DNA of 64,000 nt from Dehalococcoidia bacterium (GCA_965197645.1 OZ240219.1:1408001-1472000); one strand, 5' to 3'. Positions 9,540 to 19,489 are shown, counted from the stretch's first letter. A program made the numbers and translations. Notes: generated by a model not told the origin, from the sequence alone.

Positions 9540-9798
9540 GATGGAAAAGGTCGAACCGTACAAGGTCAAGATCAGCAAAGAGGTTATCAAGAGGTGGAAC
9601 GGCGTGGTGCGGGTGTGGAGCGAGCCGATGAGCGCCGTAGAGGGCTCCCAGGTGCTGGACGAGATAAGCGAGCCGATCGAGGTGACGGTTACCCAGGAGC
9701 AGAAGGACATCTACGGTTCCCTCTCCCAGAGGGCCTACGTGGAGTACGGTGGCGATAAACAGGGCTGGGTGCTCTTCGACGCTATAGAGGTAGGCTAG
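9526..9798 (+). CDS. Hypothetical protein (90 aa, possible SH3-like beta protein)
   Basis: GGAGGAG RBS; overlaps dnaJ end; host-like codons. Confidence 0.65.
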   Translation: MKMNKMEKVEPYKVKISKEVIKRWNGVVRVWSEPMSAVEGSQVLDEISEPIEVTVTQEQKDIYGSLSQRAYVEYGGDKQGWVLFDAIEVG

Positions 9799-9844
9799 GC
9801 CGGGCCTCCTCGGCCCGGTACTCGTAGTACCCTAGCCGCCAGCT

Positions 9845-11053
9845 ATGAACAGCCAGGCCCTCGCTCACGTTAAAGTCCTCGATCTGACCGAGGACGTGGC
9901 CGGCCCCTTCTGCACCAAGCTCCTGGCCGACTACGGCGCCCAGGTCATCAAGATCGAGTCGCCCGGCGGAGGCGACCCTACTCGTAATATGGCCCCCTTC
10001 CACGGCGACGAACCCCATCCCGAGAAGAGTGGCCTATTCATTCATCTCAACGCCAATAAGAGCGGCATCACCCTGGACCTGAAGTCGTCCTCCGCACCCC
10101 GGATCGTCCAACGGTTGCTGGACTGGGGAAACGTGGTCGTCGAAAGCTTTCAGCCAGGAACGATGGAGAGGTTCGGCCTTTCCTACTCCCATCTGAAGAC
10201 GGTCAGGAAGGATCTGGTGATGACCTCCATCACCAACTTCGGGCAGACCGGCCCCTATCGAGACTACAAAGCCACTGAGATCGTAGAGTACGCCATCGGC
10301 GGCCCCATGCTCTCGACGGGAGCCTCGGACCGGGAGCCGGTCAAGCTGCCGGGTAGAGTCGGGATGTTCGTCGCTGGACAGATGGCCGCCACAGCCACCC
10401 TCATGGCCGCCTATAGACGAGACCGGGGCGGCACCGGCGAGCACCTGGATATTTCGGTAATGGAAACCCAAGCGGGAAGCATCGATCGGCAGTCCGCCCA
10501 GCTGCTGAACCACCAGTACACCGGAGCCCGTTGGTCCCGGCACAAGGCCGGCGGCTCGGGCCTTGGGGGAATATTCAAGTGCCAGGACGGATACATAGAG
10601 ATGTGGGGGTGGGACAGAGCTCCCCGGGTGATGGATATGCTCGGCACCCCCGAGCTCAAGGAGGACCCTCGCTTCGCCACGGACGAGGCCCGGCGTGAAC
10701 CAGAAAACACCAAGGTTCTCGGCCGGATGATGAGCGAGTGGTTCGCCCAGCGGACCAAACTGGATGCCTGGAAAGAGGCGCAGCGGCACCGGGTGCTCTC
10801 CGCTCCCATCAACGATCTGACCGAGGTAGCAGCCGACGGGAACAAGCGGGGTCGGGGATTCTGGACCCATATAGAACGGCCATACGTCGGAACGATAGAA
10901 CACCCCGGACGATCCCTGGTAATGGAGTCCACTCCTTGGAGGATAGAGAGCGCGGCCCCGACCCTGGGGCAGCACAACGATCTGGTCTATCGGGGTATGC
11001 TGGGGTACAGTTCCTCGGAGTTGGTGCAGCTGCGCCAGAGCAACGTCGTCTAG
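9845..11053 (+). CDS. Family III (CaiB/BaiF) CoA-transferase
   Basis: VLDLT..VAGP, LADYGAQVIKIE, NANKSGITLDLK, APTLGQHN. Confidence 0.92.
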   Translation: MNSQALAHVKVLDLTEDVAGPFCTKLLADYGAQVIKIESPGGGDPTRNMAPFHGDEPHPEKSGLFIHLNANKSGITLDLKSSSAPRIVQRLLDWGNVVVESFQPGTMERFGLSYSHLKTVRKDLVMTSITNFGQTGPYRDYKATEIVEYAIGGPMLSTGASDREPVKLPGRVGMFVAGQMAATATLMAAYRRDRGGTGEHLDISVMETQAGSIDRQSAQLLNHQYTGARWSRHKAGGSGLGGIFKCQDGYIEMWGWDRAPRVMDMLGTPELKEDPRFATDEARREPENTKVLGRMMSEWFAQRTKLDAWKEAQRHRVLSAPINDLTEVAADGNKRGRGFWTHIERPYVGTIEHPGRSLVMESTPWRIESAAPTLGQHNDLVYRGMLGYSSSELVQLRQSNVV

Positions 11054-11069
11054 TCACTGGAGGTATCAC

Positions 11070-12359
11070 TTGAGCAGGCTACCCTTGGAAGGTGTGAGAA
11101 TAGTCGATATAACCCTGGTCTGGGTGGGGCCCTTCGCCACGCAGATGCTGGCGGACTGGGGCGCCGAGGTGATCCGGGTCGAGCCTCTCCAGGTGTTCCA
11201 GCCCATGACCCGGGGGAACGAGGCCAGGCCCAAGAAGGGCAGCCGGTACTACGGCGACGCGTTCCCTGATAACGACCCGGGCGATAGGCCCTGGAACCGG
11301 CACGTCGCCTTCCAGATTCACGGTCGAAACAAGCTGAGCATGACCTCGGACCTGGAGGACCCGGACTGCATGGACGCCTTCCTGCGCCTGGTCAGCATCT
11401 CCGACGTCGTGTTGGAGAACAACGTTCCATCTACGATGAAGAAGCTGGGCGTCTCCTACGACCTGTTGAAGACGGTGAGGCCGGACCTGGTGATGGTGCG
11501 GGTCCCGGCCTTCGGGATAACCGGCCCCTACGCCGGCTTTCGGGCACTGGGCAACCATATGGAAGCGGCGGCGGGAATGGCCCACATCCGCGGATATCGA
11601 GACTACGATCCGACCCTGAAGGACACCACTTACATCTCCGATTCCGTCGGCGGCATCTCGGCGGCTTACGGCACCATGGCGGCGCTGACCCATCGCGACC
11701 TTACTGGCGAGGGCCAGCTGGTGGAGGTGCCCACGGCCGAGTCCACCATCCACTACCTCTCCGAAGCGATGATGGACTACCAGATGAACGACCGGATGCA
11801 AAGCCCCATCGGCAACATGGATACCTCAATGGCGCCCCACGGATGCTATCGGTGCCAGGGTGAGGACAACTGGGTGGTTATCGCCGTTGGGTCCGACGCC
11901 GAGTGGGAGGGCCTGTGCAAAGCTATGGGAGGTCCGGAGTGGGCCGGCAACGAAGCCTTTTCCACCGTTCTGGGCAGGTACAACAACCAGGACCTGCTGG
12001 ACGACCACATCTCCCAATGGACTCGCGAGCAGGACCACATCGAGCTGATGCACCTGCTGCAGAAGCACGGTGTGCCGGCAGCCGCCGTCCACGACCAGAA
12101 AGAGCTGTTCGAAGACCCTCACATGCGACACCGGGAGTTCTTCGAAGAGGTGACCCAGCCGGCCACTGGCACCCACAAGTACTGCGGGATGATGTGGAAG
12201 ATGGGGGACACGCCCAACAGCATCCGGCTGCCCTCCCCCATGCTCGGCGAGCACAACGAGTGGGTATACCGGGACCTGCTGGGGACGCCCGATCAGAAAT
12301 ACCGCCAGCTCGAGGACGCCGGCCATATCGGCATGGACTACCCGCCCCACGTGGGGTAG
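11070..12359 (+). CDS. Family III (CaiB/BaiF) CoA-transferase
   Basis: LADWGAEVIRVE, RNKLSMTSDL, YISD (catalytic Asp), PMLGEHN. Confidence 0.92.
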   Translation: MSRLPLEGVRIVDITLVWVGPFATQMLADWGAEVIRVEPLQVFQPMTRGNEARPKKGSRYYGDAFPDNDPGDRPWNRHVAFQIHGRNKLSMTSDLEDPDCMDAFLRLVSISDVVLENNVPSTMKKLGVSYDLLKTVRPDLVMVRVPAFGITGPYAGFRALGNHMEAAAGMAHIRGYRDYDPTLKDTTYISDSVGGISAAYGTMAALTHRDLTGEGQLVEVPTAESTIHYLSEAMMDYQMNDRMQSPIGNMDTSMAPHGCYRCQGEDNWVVIAVGSDAEWEGLCKAMGGPEWAGNEAFSTVLGRYNNQDLLDDHISQWTREQDHIELMHLLQKHGVPAAAVHDQKELFEDPHMRHREFFEEVTQPATGTHKYCGMMWKMGDTPNSIRLPSPMLGEHNEWVYRDLLGTPDQKYRQLEDAGHIGMDYPPHVG

Positions 12360-12466
12360 GCCCCACATCAGGCGTCTGCGAGCGAAGCCGCAAGCTACTT
12401 GGATGGGGGATGACTGTCATGGAAGCTTTTCTTAGCTCTCTTAGCCAACACCAGCAGCCCCAGCCT

Positions 12467-12600
12467 GGCCCAAAACTCTGTGTTGAGGGAGTCCAGAGGG
12501 AAACTTCCCTCTGGCAGGGGGTAATGGGGGATGTGCCCCCCAGGGACAAAACCGTCCGAGGGCGGGCGGATGGGACAAAGGCATCCGTCCTCCTAGATAG
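12467..12600 (+). repeat. 134-bp MITE-like repeat, copy A
   Basis: Shares TGAGGGAGTCCAGAGGGAAACTTCCCTCTGGCAGGGGG...GGGGGATGT.CCCCCAG...ACAAAACC.TCCGAGGGCGGGCGG.TGGGAC with 22663-22796. Confidence 0.85.
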
Positions 12601-12615
12601 CGCAGAGGACTTATC

Positions 12616-14046
12616 ATGCTGGATTTGATCATCAGAGGCGGACGGGTGGTCGCCCCCTGGGGCGTGGGTGAGTGGGAGGTCGGGGTCCAGGGCGAGATCA
12701 TCGTTGCCGTGGCCCAGCCCGGCGCCCTCACCCAGGACGCAGCGCGAGTCATAGACGCCGCCGGCAAGATAGTGATTCCCGGAGGGGTCGAGCCCCACAC
12801 CCACTGCTCGTGGATAATCCCCACTGCCGCAGAGGCCGGGCTCTACACCGGCGGCATAGACGTAGTGAGCAAGGCCTGCCTGTTCGGAGGCACCACCACC
12901 CTGGTGGACTTCGCCTACTGGGAGCCCGGCGAAGACCTGTTCGAGACCCTCGATAAGAAGGGCGCCATCTTCAACGGCAACAGCTACGGCGACTACGCCT
13001 ACCACTGCGCCCTGTTCTCCACCAAGGGCGATCTTCCCTTCGAGGTGATCGGCCAGATCAAGGACGTTATCGAAGCGGGTTACCCTAGCTTCAAGATTTG
13101 GACCACCAACACCACGCCTACCAGGCCTCGTCAGATGACCGACTTCGGCCACCTGGCCGAGATCATGGAGCACGTGGCGACCAACAACGGCATCATGGCC
13201 ATCCACGCCGAGGACGATGACATCGTGATGTTCATGTACAAGAAGCTGAAGCACCTGGGCCAGACGGAGAGGTGGAACATGCACCTGGCCCACAGCAAGA
13301 TGTCCGAAGACATCTCGTTTAGAAGGGTGGTCCGGCTGGCCGAGTGGATGGGCAGCGCGGTCTACTTCATGCACGTCAGCGCCAGCGAAGGGATAGAGGC
13401 GATCAAGGAGGCTCGGGGCAAGGGGCTGCCCGTTTACGGCGAGACTCTCCACCACTACGCCTCCTTCTCCCACGAGGACTACAGGGAGCCCCACGGCGCC
13501 ATCTATCACACCTACCCATCGCTGAAGACGGACGACGACAACGAGGCGCTGTGGCAAGGCCTGGTGACCGGCGATCTTTCGACCATCGCTACCGACGAGC
13601 TGTTCACCACCAAGGCGATCAAGATGCGTGGCGAGACCATCGAAGACACCACCGGCGGCAACGAGGGCGTGGAGGCCCGGGTGGGTATCGCCTACACCGA
13701 GGGCGTGGTAAAGAGAGGGATGAGCCTGGAGCAGTTCGTCAACGTCACCTCCACCAACGCGGCCCGCATCATGGGTCTCTATCCCAGGAAGGGGGCCATC
13801 GCACCGGGGAGCGACGCCGACATCGTCCTGATCGACCCCAACTTCCGCAAGAAGCTGGAGCTGTCCGATTTCCACGGCTCAGATTACTCGCCCTGGGAGG
13901 AGTGGGAGGTGCAGGGCTGGCCGGTGATGACCATCCTTAGGGGGAAAGTGGCCGTCGAGGACGGCAAGTTGCTGGTGGACAAGGGATACGGGCGGCAGAT
14001 ATCCCGGAAAGTTGACACGAGTATCCTCAAGCAACCGATGGTGTAG
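12616..14046 (+). CDS. Dihydropyrimidinase/D-hydantoinase-like cyclic amidohydrolase
   Basis: IPGGVEPHTH, GGTTTLVDF, SFK, IHAED, KGAIAPGSDADIV. Confidence 0.88.
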   Translation: MLDLIIRGGRVVAPWGVGEWEVGVQGEIIVAVAQPGALTQDAARVIDAAGKIVIPGGVEPHTHCSWIIPTAAEAGLYTGGIDVVSKACLFGGTTTLVDFAYWEPGEDLFETLDKKGAIFNGNSYGDYAYHCALFSTKGDLPFEVIGQIKDVIEAGYPSFKIWTTNTTPTRPRQMTDFGHLAEIMEHVATNNGIMAIHAEDDDIVMFMYKKLKHLGQTERWNMHLAHSKMSEDISFRRVVRLAEWMGSAVYFMHVSASEGIEAIKEARGKGLPVYGETLHHYASFSHEDYREPHGAIYHTYPSLKTDDDNEALWQGLVTGDLSTIATDELFTTKAIKMRGETIEDTTGGNEGVEARVGIAYTEGVVKRGMSLEQFVNVTSTNAARIMGLYPRKGAIAPGSDADIVLIDPNFRKKLELSDFHGSDYSPWEEWEVQGWPVMTILRGKVAVEDGKLLVDKGYGRQISRKVDTSILKQPMV

Positions 14047-14146
14047 GGGGGCTTCAGGTGGGAGGCGACCAACCTGTAGTATCATTGCCATCGGGGTGCT
14101 AACTCAGGCTCGACAGGCAACGATTATGAAGCGTTCGGGGGAGCGT

Positions 14147-14449
14147 ATGGGGCAAGGTGTCATAATTCTCACCGGAATGGTCAAAGCTGAAGGAAACCAG
14201 TTTGTGTCAACCTGTCAGGAGTTGGGCACGTCCAGCTGTGGGGACTCTGTTGAAGAAGCTTTCGCCAATCTTGAAGAGGCAATAGAAGTTCATCTTGCCG
14301 CTCTGGAGGAGATCGGCGAGCGAGATCGAGTATTTCAAGAACGAGGTATAAGCATCCTCGACGCAACCGTTGATACGTCGGACCACCGCGAAATTCCGAT
14401 TGGCGCCTTTACGAAAGCCACTAGGTATCATGTGGCTGTCACAGCCTAA
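14147..14449 (+). CDS. hicB: HicB-family antitoxin (short)
   Basis: FVSTCQELGTSSCGDSVEEAFANLEEAIEVHL RNase H-like HicB signature. Confidence 0.8.
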   Translation: MGQGVIILTGMVKAEGNQFVSTCQELGTSSCGDSVEEAFANLEEAIEVHLAALEEIGERDRVFQERGISILDATVDTSDHREIPIGAFTKATRYHVAVTA

Positions 14450-14455
14450 GCGGTC

Positions 14456-14701
14456 TTGCAATTCCATGCCATACCACTCTGCTCTAGCCGTCAGATAACT
14501 TCTGCTCTGGAGCGGCTGGGTTGCTACCCTGGCAACAGCAAAAAGGGCAGTCACGCGGCCTATCATCGCGTTAGGGACGATGGACGTAAACTGACTGGTG
14601 TCGTCGTCTTGGGCAGGAAAGAGGTGCCTAAGGGAACCCTTCGCAATATTCTTATAGCGCTAGAGATATCCTTAAACGACTTCAGGGCTGCCCTACGCTA
14701 A
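14456..14701 (+). CDS. hicA: HicA-family toxin
   Basis: LERLG...KGSH...KEVPKGTLRNIL. Confidence 0.8.
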   Translation: MQFHAIPLCSSRQITSALERLGCYPGNSKKGSHAAYHRVRDDGRKLTGVVVLGRKEVPKGTLRNILIALEISLNDFRAALR

Positions 14702-14757
14702 GGCTAATGCCTAACTTCGACAAACCGACTAAGTCTGGATAGGCACCCTTTCCCGTT

Positions 14758-15975
14758 TCACGGAACTATCTTCTGCAGCTCTTGGGCGGCGGCCAACTCG
14801 AGGTCGTAGACGTGCCTGACGTGGTCTCCGATGGAAGCCAGCAGATCGGATATTTCGGTTGGGGTGAGGGGGAAAGAGGCGGCGATCTCCGATTCTAGGG
14901 TAGACATGCGCTCTGCTGCGTTGGTGATCTCAGGCAGAGCGTCGGCGCCTTGGGTTTCGAAGAGAGTCAACATACCCCGGCTCAGCTCCCTCGACTCCTT
15001 GAGAAGGGTCACACGATCCGGCAACACGGCAACGGCGAGGGCACTCCAGGCTCGACCAGCCTCCCGGTACCCATTCCCAACGTCCCCCAGCTCGGGCTGA
15101 TTCAACAGATCTCCGGCGTGGTCGAGAAAATCGGCATAGGTGGGTCGGAGAGCGCCTCCTCCGGTGCCGGCAGTCTCGATCCAGTGGTGCACCCAGGTTA
15201 GGGCGCCGTAGAGGTGCATGGGGTCGGTGAAGACGTTGGGCCAGCCCCTCTTGTCCCTAGCATTGGTGACGAGGTCCGCCCAGCTGCCGATGGAGGGCAG
15301 CCCGAAACTCTTCATTTTAGGGTTCAGCAAGCCTCGCCAGCAGTCCCGGATGGCGTTCCTGAGCGCGTCCTCTAGATCGGCCTCGGTGGCGGGAGGCTCG
15401 ACCACCATGATCCGGTTCTTGTAGGTCTTGATGATGGCCCGGGCCTCGGCGAGTTGATGCCAGGGTACGCGCAGAGCCGAAGGAGCTCGATCGGCCAGCA
15501 AGGCTTCACCGGACTCAGAGTCCACGGAGAGGACTGCCAGCTGGTGGTACATGCCGCCTTTCAGGCGCTGAGGCATGGGAAAGTAGGGCAGACTGGCCAG
15601 GTCCAGCCAAGCGATTACCGGTACGTCCCGGTCGAGGGCCTTTCGCAGGTTGGACTCGGCCGCCTTGAGGCTCCGGGTTTCCAGTACGTCGGACTCCAGG
15701 GCGAGCCGGCTGCAGGTCTTGCGGAGGAACTCGACGTTGTCGCTGTGCCACAGATGACGGGCGCCGACCATGACCATGGGATCGGTACCCTCATACTGGA
15801 AGAGCATGTATCCTGCGCCGATGCCGCCGCCGATGCCGAGCAACATCTCCTCGGAGTAAGGCTCGGATGTGTGGTGAGCCAGTACCCCCAGCTGCGCAAG
15901 AACGGTCTTCAGTGCTGCGGTGGGCGGGTGCTTGCCGCCGAAGTCGGGCACGTTTGCAGGGCTATCGGTCTGCAT
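14758..15975 (-). CDS. BtrH N-terminal / DUF4872 domain protein
   Basis: SEEMLLGIGGGIG, LPYF, GTGGGALRPTYADFL..A motifs. Confidence 0.75.
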   Translation of the reverse strand: MQTDSPANVPDFGGKHPPTAALKTVLAQLGVLAHHTSEPYSEEMLLGIGGGIGAGYMLFQYEGTDPMVMVGARHLWHSDNVEFLRKTCSRLALESDVLETRSLKAAESNLRKALDRDVPVIAWLDLASLPYFPMPQRLKGGMYHQLAVLSVDSESGEALLADRAPSALRVPWHQLAEARAIIKTYKNRIMVVEPPATEADLEDALRNAIRDCWRGLLNPKMKSFGLPSIGSWADLVTNARDKRGWPNVFTDPMHLYGALTWVHHWIETAGTGGGALRPTYADFLDHAGDLLNQPELGDVGNGYREAGRAWSALAVAVLPDRVTLLKESRELSRGMLTLFETQGADALPEITNAAERMSTLESEIAASFPLTPTEISDLLASIGDHVRHVYDLELAAAQELQKIVP

Positions 15976-17005
15976 GCTCCCGGAAAACGGATTCCACCGT
16001 GTCCAGGGCGTAGTCGATGTCGACGGCGGTGATGCCGTAGTGGGTGACGAATCTCCACGTGCGCAAGGAGGGATCGCCTCCCTTGACGCCTCGGCCCTCC
16101 AGCTTGCGGGACAGCACGTCGGGCGAGGCGGCGGTGACCCGGAAGTAGACCATGTTGGTGGGATACCGGTCCGGGTCGATCTCTAGGCCGGTTATCCCGG
16201 CCAGGCCCTGAGCAAGCCTTCGAGCGTTGGCGTGGTCTTCGGCCAGCCTATCGATCATCGAGTCAAGGGCCACGATGCCGGCCGCGGCTATTACTCCCAC
16301 CTGTCGCATACCGCCTCCCACCGTTTCTCTCCAGAAGCGGGCCTGATCGATGAAGTCCTTGGAGCCGCATAGCAGGGAGCCGATGGGAGCGCTGAGACCC
16401 TTGGAGAGGCAGAAGCTGACCGAGTCCGCGTCCCTGACCAGCTCCGCCGCCGGGGTTTCCAGGTGGACGGAGGCGTTGAAGATGCGGGCACCGTCGATGT
16501 GCAGAGGGATTTCGTGGCGACGCGCCACCCCGGCAATGGCACCGACATCGCCCTGAGAAAGCACCTTACCACCACACTCGGCCTGGGTGTTCTCGATGGC
16601 TATCAGCCCGGTGGGAGGTTCGTGAACATCGTCCCACCGGATCGCCTCCTCGACCTCGTCAGGGTCCAGCATTCCCCGCTCGTCGTTGGGCACCGTTTGG
16701 ACGTGGACGCCACCCAGGCCCGAGGCGCTGCCGTTTTCGTAGAGGCACATATGGGACCTATCGCCGACGATCATTTCGTCGCCCCGCCTGCAGTGGGTGA
16801 GTATGGCCACGAGGTTGCTCATGGTGCCGCTGGCGGTGAACACGGCGGCCTCTTTGCCCAGCATCCGGGCGGCCATCTCCTCCAGGCGATTGAGGGTGGG
16901 ATCGTCACGGTACTCGTCATCACCGACCTCCGCTTCGAACATGGCCCGACGCATCTCGGCGGTCGGATGGGTGACGGTGTCGCTCCTGAAGTCTACTTGG
17001 CGCAT
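15962..17005 (-). CDS. ltaE: Low-specificity L-threonine aldolase
   Basis: DFRSDTVT, SGTMSN, HIDGARIFNA, FCLSKGLSAPIGS, GGGMRQVG. Confidence 0.93.
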   Translation of the reverse strand: MRQVDFRSDTVTHPTAEMRRAMFEAEVGDDEYRDDPTLNRLEEMAARMLGKEAAVFTASGTMSNLVAILTHCRRGDEMIVGDRSHMCLYENGSASGLGGVHVQTVPNDERGMLDPDEVEEAIRWDDVHEPPTGLIAIENTQAECGGKVLSQGDVGAIAGVARRHEIPLHIDGARIFNASVHLETPAAELVRDADSVSFCLSKGLSAPIGSLLCGSKDFIDQARFWRETVGGGMRQVGVIAAAGIVALDSMIDRLAEDHANARRLAQGLAGITGLEIDPDRYPTNMVYFRVTAASPDVLSRKLEGRGVKGGDPSLRTWRFVTHYGITAVDIDYALDTVESVFREHADR

Positions 17006-17041
17006 GAGTATGATCGCTTCTTGTTTATGGTTGAATTACGC

Positions 17042-17977
17042 TTACAGCTTGGGGATGATGTCCTCGGCTAGCTTGGATGCCTGGTCCATCAGATCGTAGA
17101 CTGGGTTGAACATCATCAGGTCCAGGTTCCCGGAGTAGATCTCCCCCAGTCTTTCGATGCACTCCTCCTCGGGGCCCCAGACAGCCGTCTTCAGGGCCAG
17201 CTCGGGGTTGCCGTAGTACTGGCCGAACCACTTCATCAGCTTTTTCTTCGCTCCCTCTCTATCCCTATCCACGGCGATGTACACCCGCTTGGACAACGGA
17301 AAATCGGACTGGCTGACCCCGGCTTCGTCCATGAAGCCCCGGATATCACCGAGCGACTGCTTGAAGGCGGGGAAGGAGGAGGACCCGGCGCCCATCCAGC
17401 CATTGCCCAGCTTCACAGCCCTTTTGAGAGCAGCGGGGGCGTGGGCGCCGAAGATGAGGGGCGGATGGGGCTTCTGCAGAGGCTTGGGCAAGACGTTGAC
17501 CTTGTCCATCTGCCAGAACTTGCCATCTAAAGTGACCTCGGACTCCGTCCACAGCTGCTTTAGCAGATCGATGCCCTCCTCGAACCGGGCGACCCGATGG
17601 TCTGCATTGAATCCGAAGGCGGGATAGGACTCTTCCCCGCCACCGATGCCGATGCCCAGGACGAGCCGCCCACCGCTTATCTGGTCGACGCTGGCGGAGA
17701 ACTTCGCCAGGTGAATGGGAGCTCGGTAGGGCATCACCAGCACCGAGGTTCCCAGCTTCACGTTGGTGGTCACCGTGGAGGCGAAGGTCATTAGCGTGAA
17801 GGGCTCCAGGGTGGTCATATCGCCCATCATCTGGTCCTGTACCCAAACGCTTTCGTAGCCCAGAGACTCGACGTGTTTCAGTTGGGCTGAAACGAGATCC
17901 ATGTCTACCTTGCCGTCAGGGAACATCTGGGGTATGGCTATTCCGAAACGGGTATTGCCTCTGGTGAGCATGGTCAT
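17042..17977 (-). CDS. LLM-class (luciferase-like, probably F420-dependent) oxidoreductase
   Basis: VKLGTSVLV, SVDQISGGRLVLGIG, PKPLQKPHPP. Confidence 0.9.
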   Translation of the reverse strand: MTMLTRGNTRFGIAIPQMFPDGKVDMDLVSAQLKHVESLGYESVWVQDQMMGDMTTLEPFTLMTFASTVTTNVKLGTSVLVMPYRAPIHLAKFSASVDQISGGRLVLGIGIGGGEESYPAFGFNADHRVARFEEGIDLLKQLWTESEVTLDGKFWQMDKVNVLPKPLQKPHPPLIFGAHAPAALKRAVKLGNGWMGAGSSSFPAFKQSLGDIRGFMDEAGVSQSDFPLSKRVYIAVDRDREGAKKKLMKWFGQYYGNPELALKTAVWGPEEECIERLGEIYSGNLDLMMFNPVYDLMDQASKLAEDIIPKL

Positions 17978-18113
17978 GGCCTTTCTCGTAGATATTCAGG
18001 TAAGGAGTTGATTTTAGCGCAGCAGGGAGGGTTGTGCACGGGTGGAGGGGGGCCTTCTGCGGGGCCGGGACGAGGGGATGATATTCGCAGGAGTAACGGG
18101 TGATGTCGGGCGA

Positions 18114-18317
18114 TCAACCGCCGGAGACCATGTGGACGATCTCCAGCTTGTCGTTGGCATCGATGGTGACGTGGGGCCAGCGTTCCCGCTTGATGATCTC
18201 GCCGTTGTACTCGATGGCGATGAGCCGGGGCTCGATGCTGTGGGCCTCTAGGAAGTCGAGGAGGCCCATCGGTCCGTCCAACCCCCGTTGTTTACCATTT
18301 ATGGTCAGGGTGATCAT
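18114..18317 (-). CDS. thiS: Sulfur carrier protein ThiS
   Basis: 67 aa, AIEYNGEII, C-terminal GG; thi operon context. Confidence 0.93.
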   Translation of the reverse strand: MITLTINGKQRGLDGPMGLLDFLEAHSIEPRLIAIEYNGEIIKRERWPHVTIDANDKLEIVHMVSGG

Positions 18318-18331
18318 GTTTTCGATGAGAG

Positions 18332-19489
18332 TTAGTGGGTGAGGCCGTACCTGTCCTTTAATGCTACCTCCAGATCGGCGCCGGCGAAGCGGTCCAGATG
18401 GTAGGGGGTAAGGGCCAGCCTGGTCTCTCTGCCCAGCACCAGCTGGGACATCAGCTCGCCGGTGATGGCGCTGAGCAGTATGCCCGCCCGCTGGTGGCCG
18501 GTGGCGATGTAGGCGCCATCGAATCCGGATATTGGCCCGAGAATGGGCAGGTAGTCGGCGGAGACGGGCCGGAGGCCTGTGACGTGGTTAATTATCTTGC
18601 CCTCCATCACGCCGGGGCACACGGTCTCGACGCCCTCGGTTATCTGGAGCTTGCCCTGATCGTGGATGGTGGTGTCGTAGCCCAGGAATCCATCGTAGGT
18701 CCCGGCCACGACGTATCCGGCTACCTTGGGGGCCACGTAGCTGGCGACGTGGTGGATCATGCAGGGGACGGGTGGACCGTCGATCTCGATGTGCATAGTC
18801 TGGCCCTTGAGAGGCTCGACGGGAACGGGAGTGCCTATCCAGCCACCCAGTTGGTTGCTCCAGGACCCGATGCACATGACCACAGCGTCGGCTTCCATGT
18901 CGCCCAGGGAGGTGTTCAGGCCGGTGACCCTGCCTGCCTGACTCGTGAGTCCGGTGACCTTGCCGTACTTGATGGTCGTGCCCAGGGATTCGGCTGCCCC
19001 GGCGAAGGCCAGGGTCAGCTTGTAGGGGTCGACCTGGGCTTGACCATCGATGTAGATGCCGGAACGGGCTTCGTTGGTGGTGCGAGGCTCGAGGTGCTGG
19101 ATGTCGGTATCGGTGAACAGGGACTTGTTAGGGGAGGTTTCCAGGTCGTGGCCCAGATAACCCTTCAACTCATTCTCCTCCTCCTCGGTGAAGGCCAGCT
19201 CCAGCCAGGAGAAGTCCGCGAATTCCGGGTCCACTCCCGAAAGCTCCCTAAGCTCGGGAACGATCTGTCGATGGCGCTCGCGGCTCTCGTATTCGAGCTG
19301 GTAGAAGTGGTCGGGGGTATCGGCGGTGGTCATGGCGCTCAGCAACCCCGTGGCGGCGCCGGAGGCCTGGCTGCCTATCGATTCCCTCTCAACGATGGTG
19401 ACCTTCGCGCCCTCCTTGGCGAGGTGATACGCAATGGAGCAGCCTATGATTCCCCCACCGGCGATTAGGACCTCAGGTGAGTCTGACAC
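18332..19489 (-). CDS. thiO: Glycine oxidase ThiO
   Basis: GGGIIG FAD motif, ASGAATG, GLRP, ATGHQRAGILL; lies between thiG and thiS. Confidence 0.85.
   Translation of the reverse strand: MSDSPEVLIAGGGIIGCSIAYHLAKEGAKVTIVERESIGSQASGAATGLLSAMTTADTPDHFYQLEYESRERHRQIVPELRELSGVDPEFADFSWLELAFTEEEENELKGYLGHDLETSPNKSLFTDTDIQHLEPRTTNEARSGIYIDGQAQVDPYKLTLAFAGAAESLGTTIKYGKVTGLTSQAGRVTGLNTSLGDMEADAVVMCIGSWSNQLGGWIGTPVPVEPLKGQTMHIEIDGPPVPCMIHHVASYVAPKVAGYVVAGTYDGFLGYDTTIHDQGKLQITEGVETVCPGVMEGKIINHVTGLRPVSADYLPILGPISGFDGAYIATGHQRAGILLSAITGELMSQLVLGRETRLALTPYHLDRFAGADLEVALKDRYGLTH

Noticed and set aside
11923-13875. 650-aa minus-strand ORF and similar long antisense ORFs (e.g. 24738-25955, 35313-36581, 46159-47499)
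   Set aside because: Shadow frames opposite well-supported genes, expected in high-GC3 DNA; no motifs
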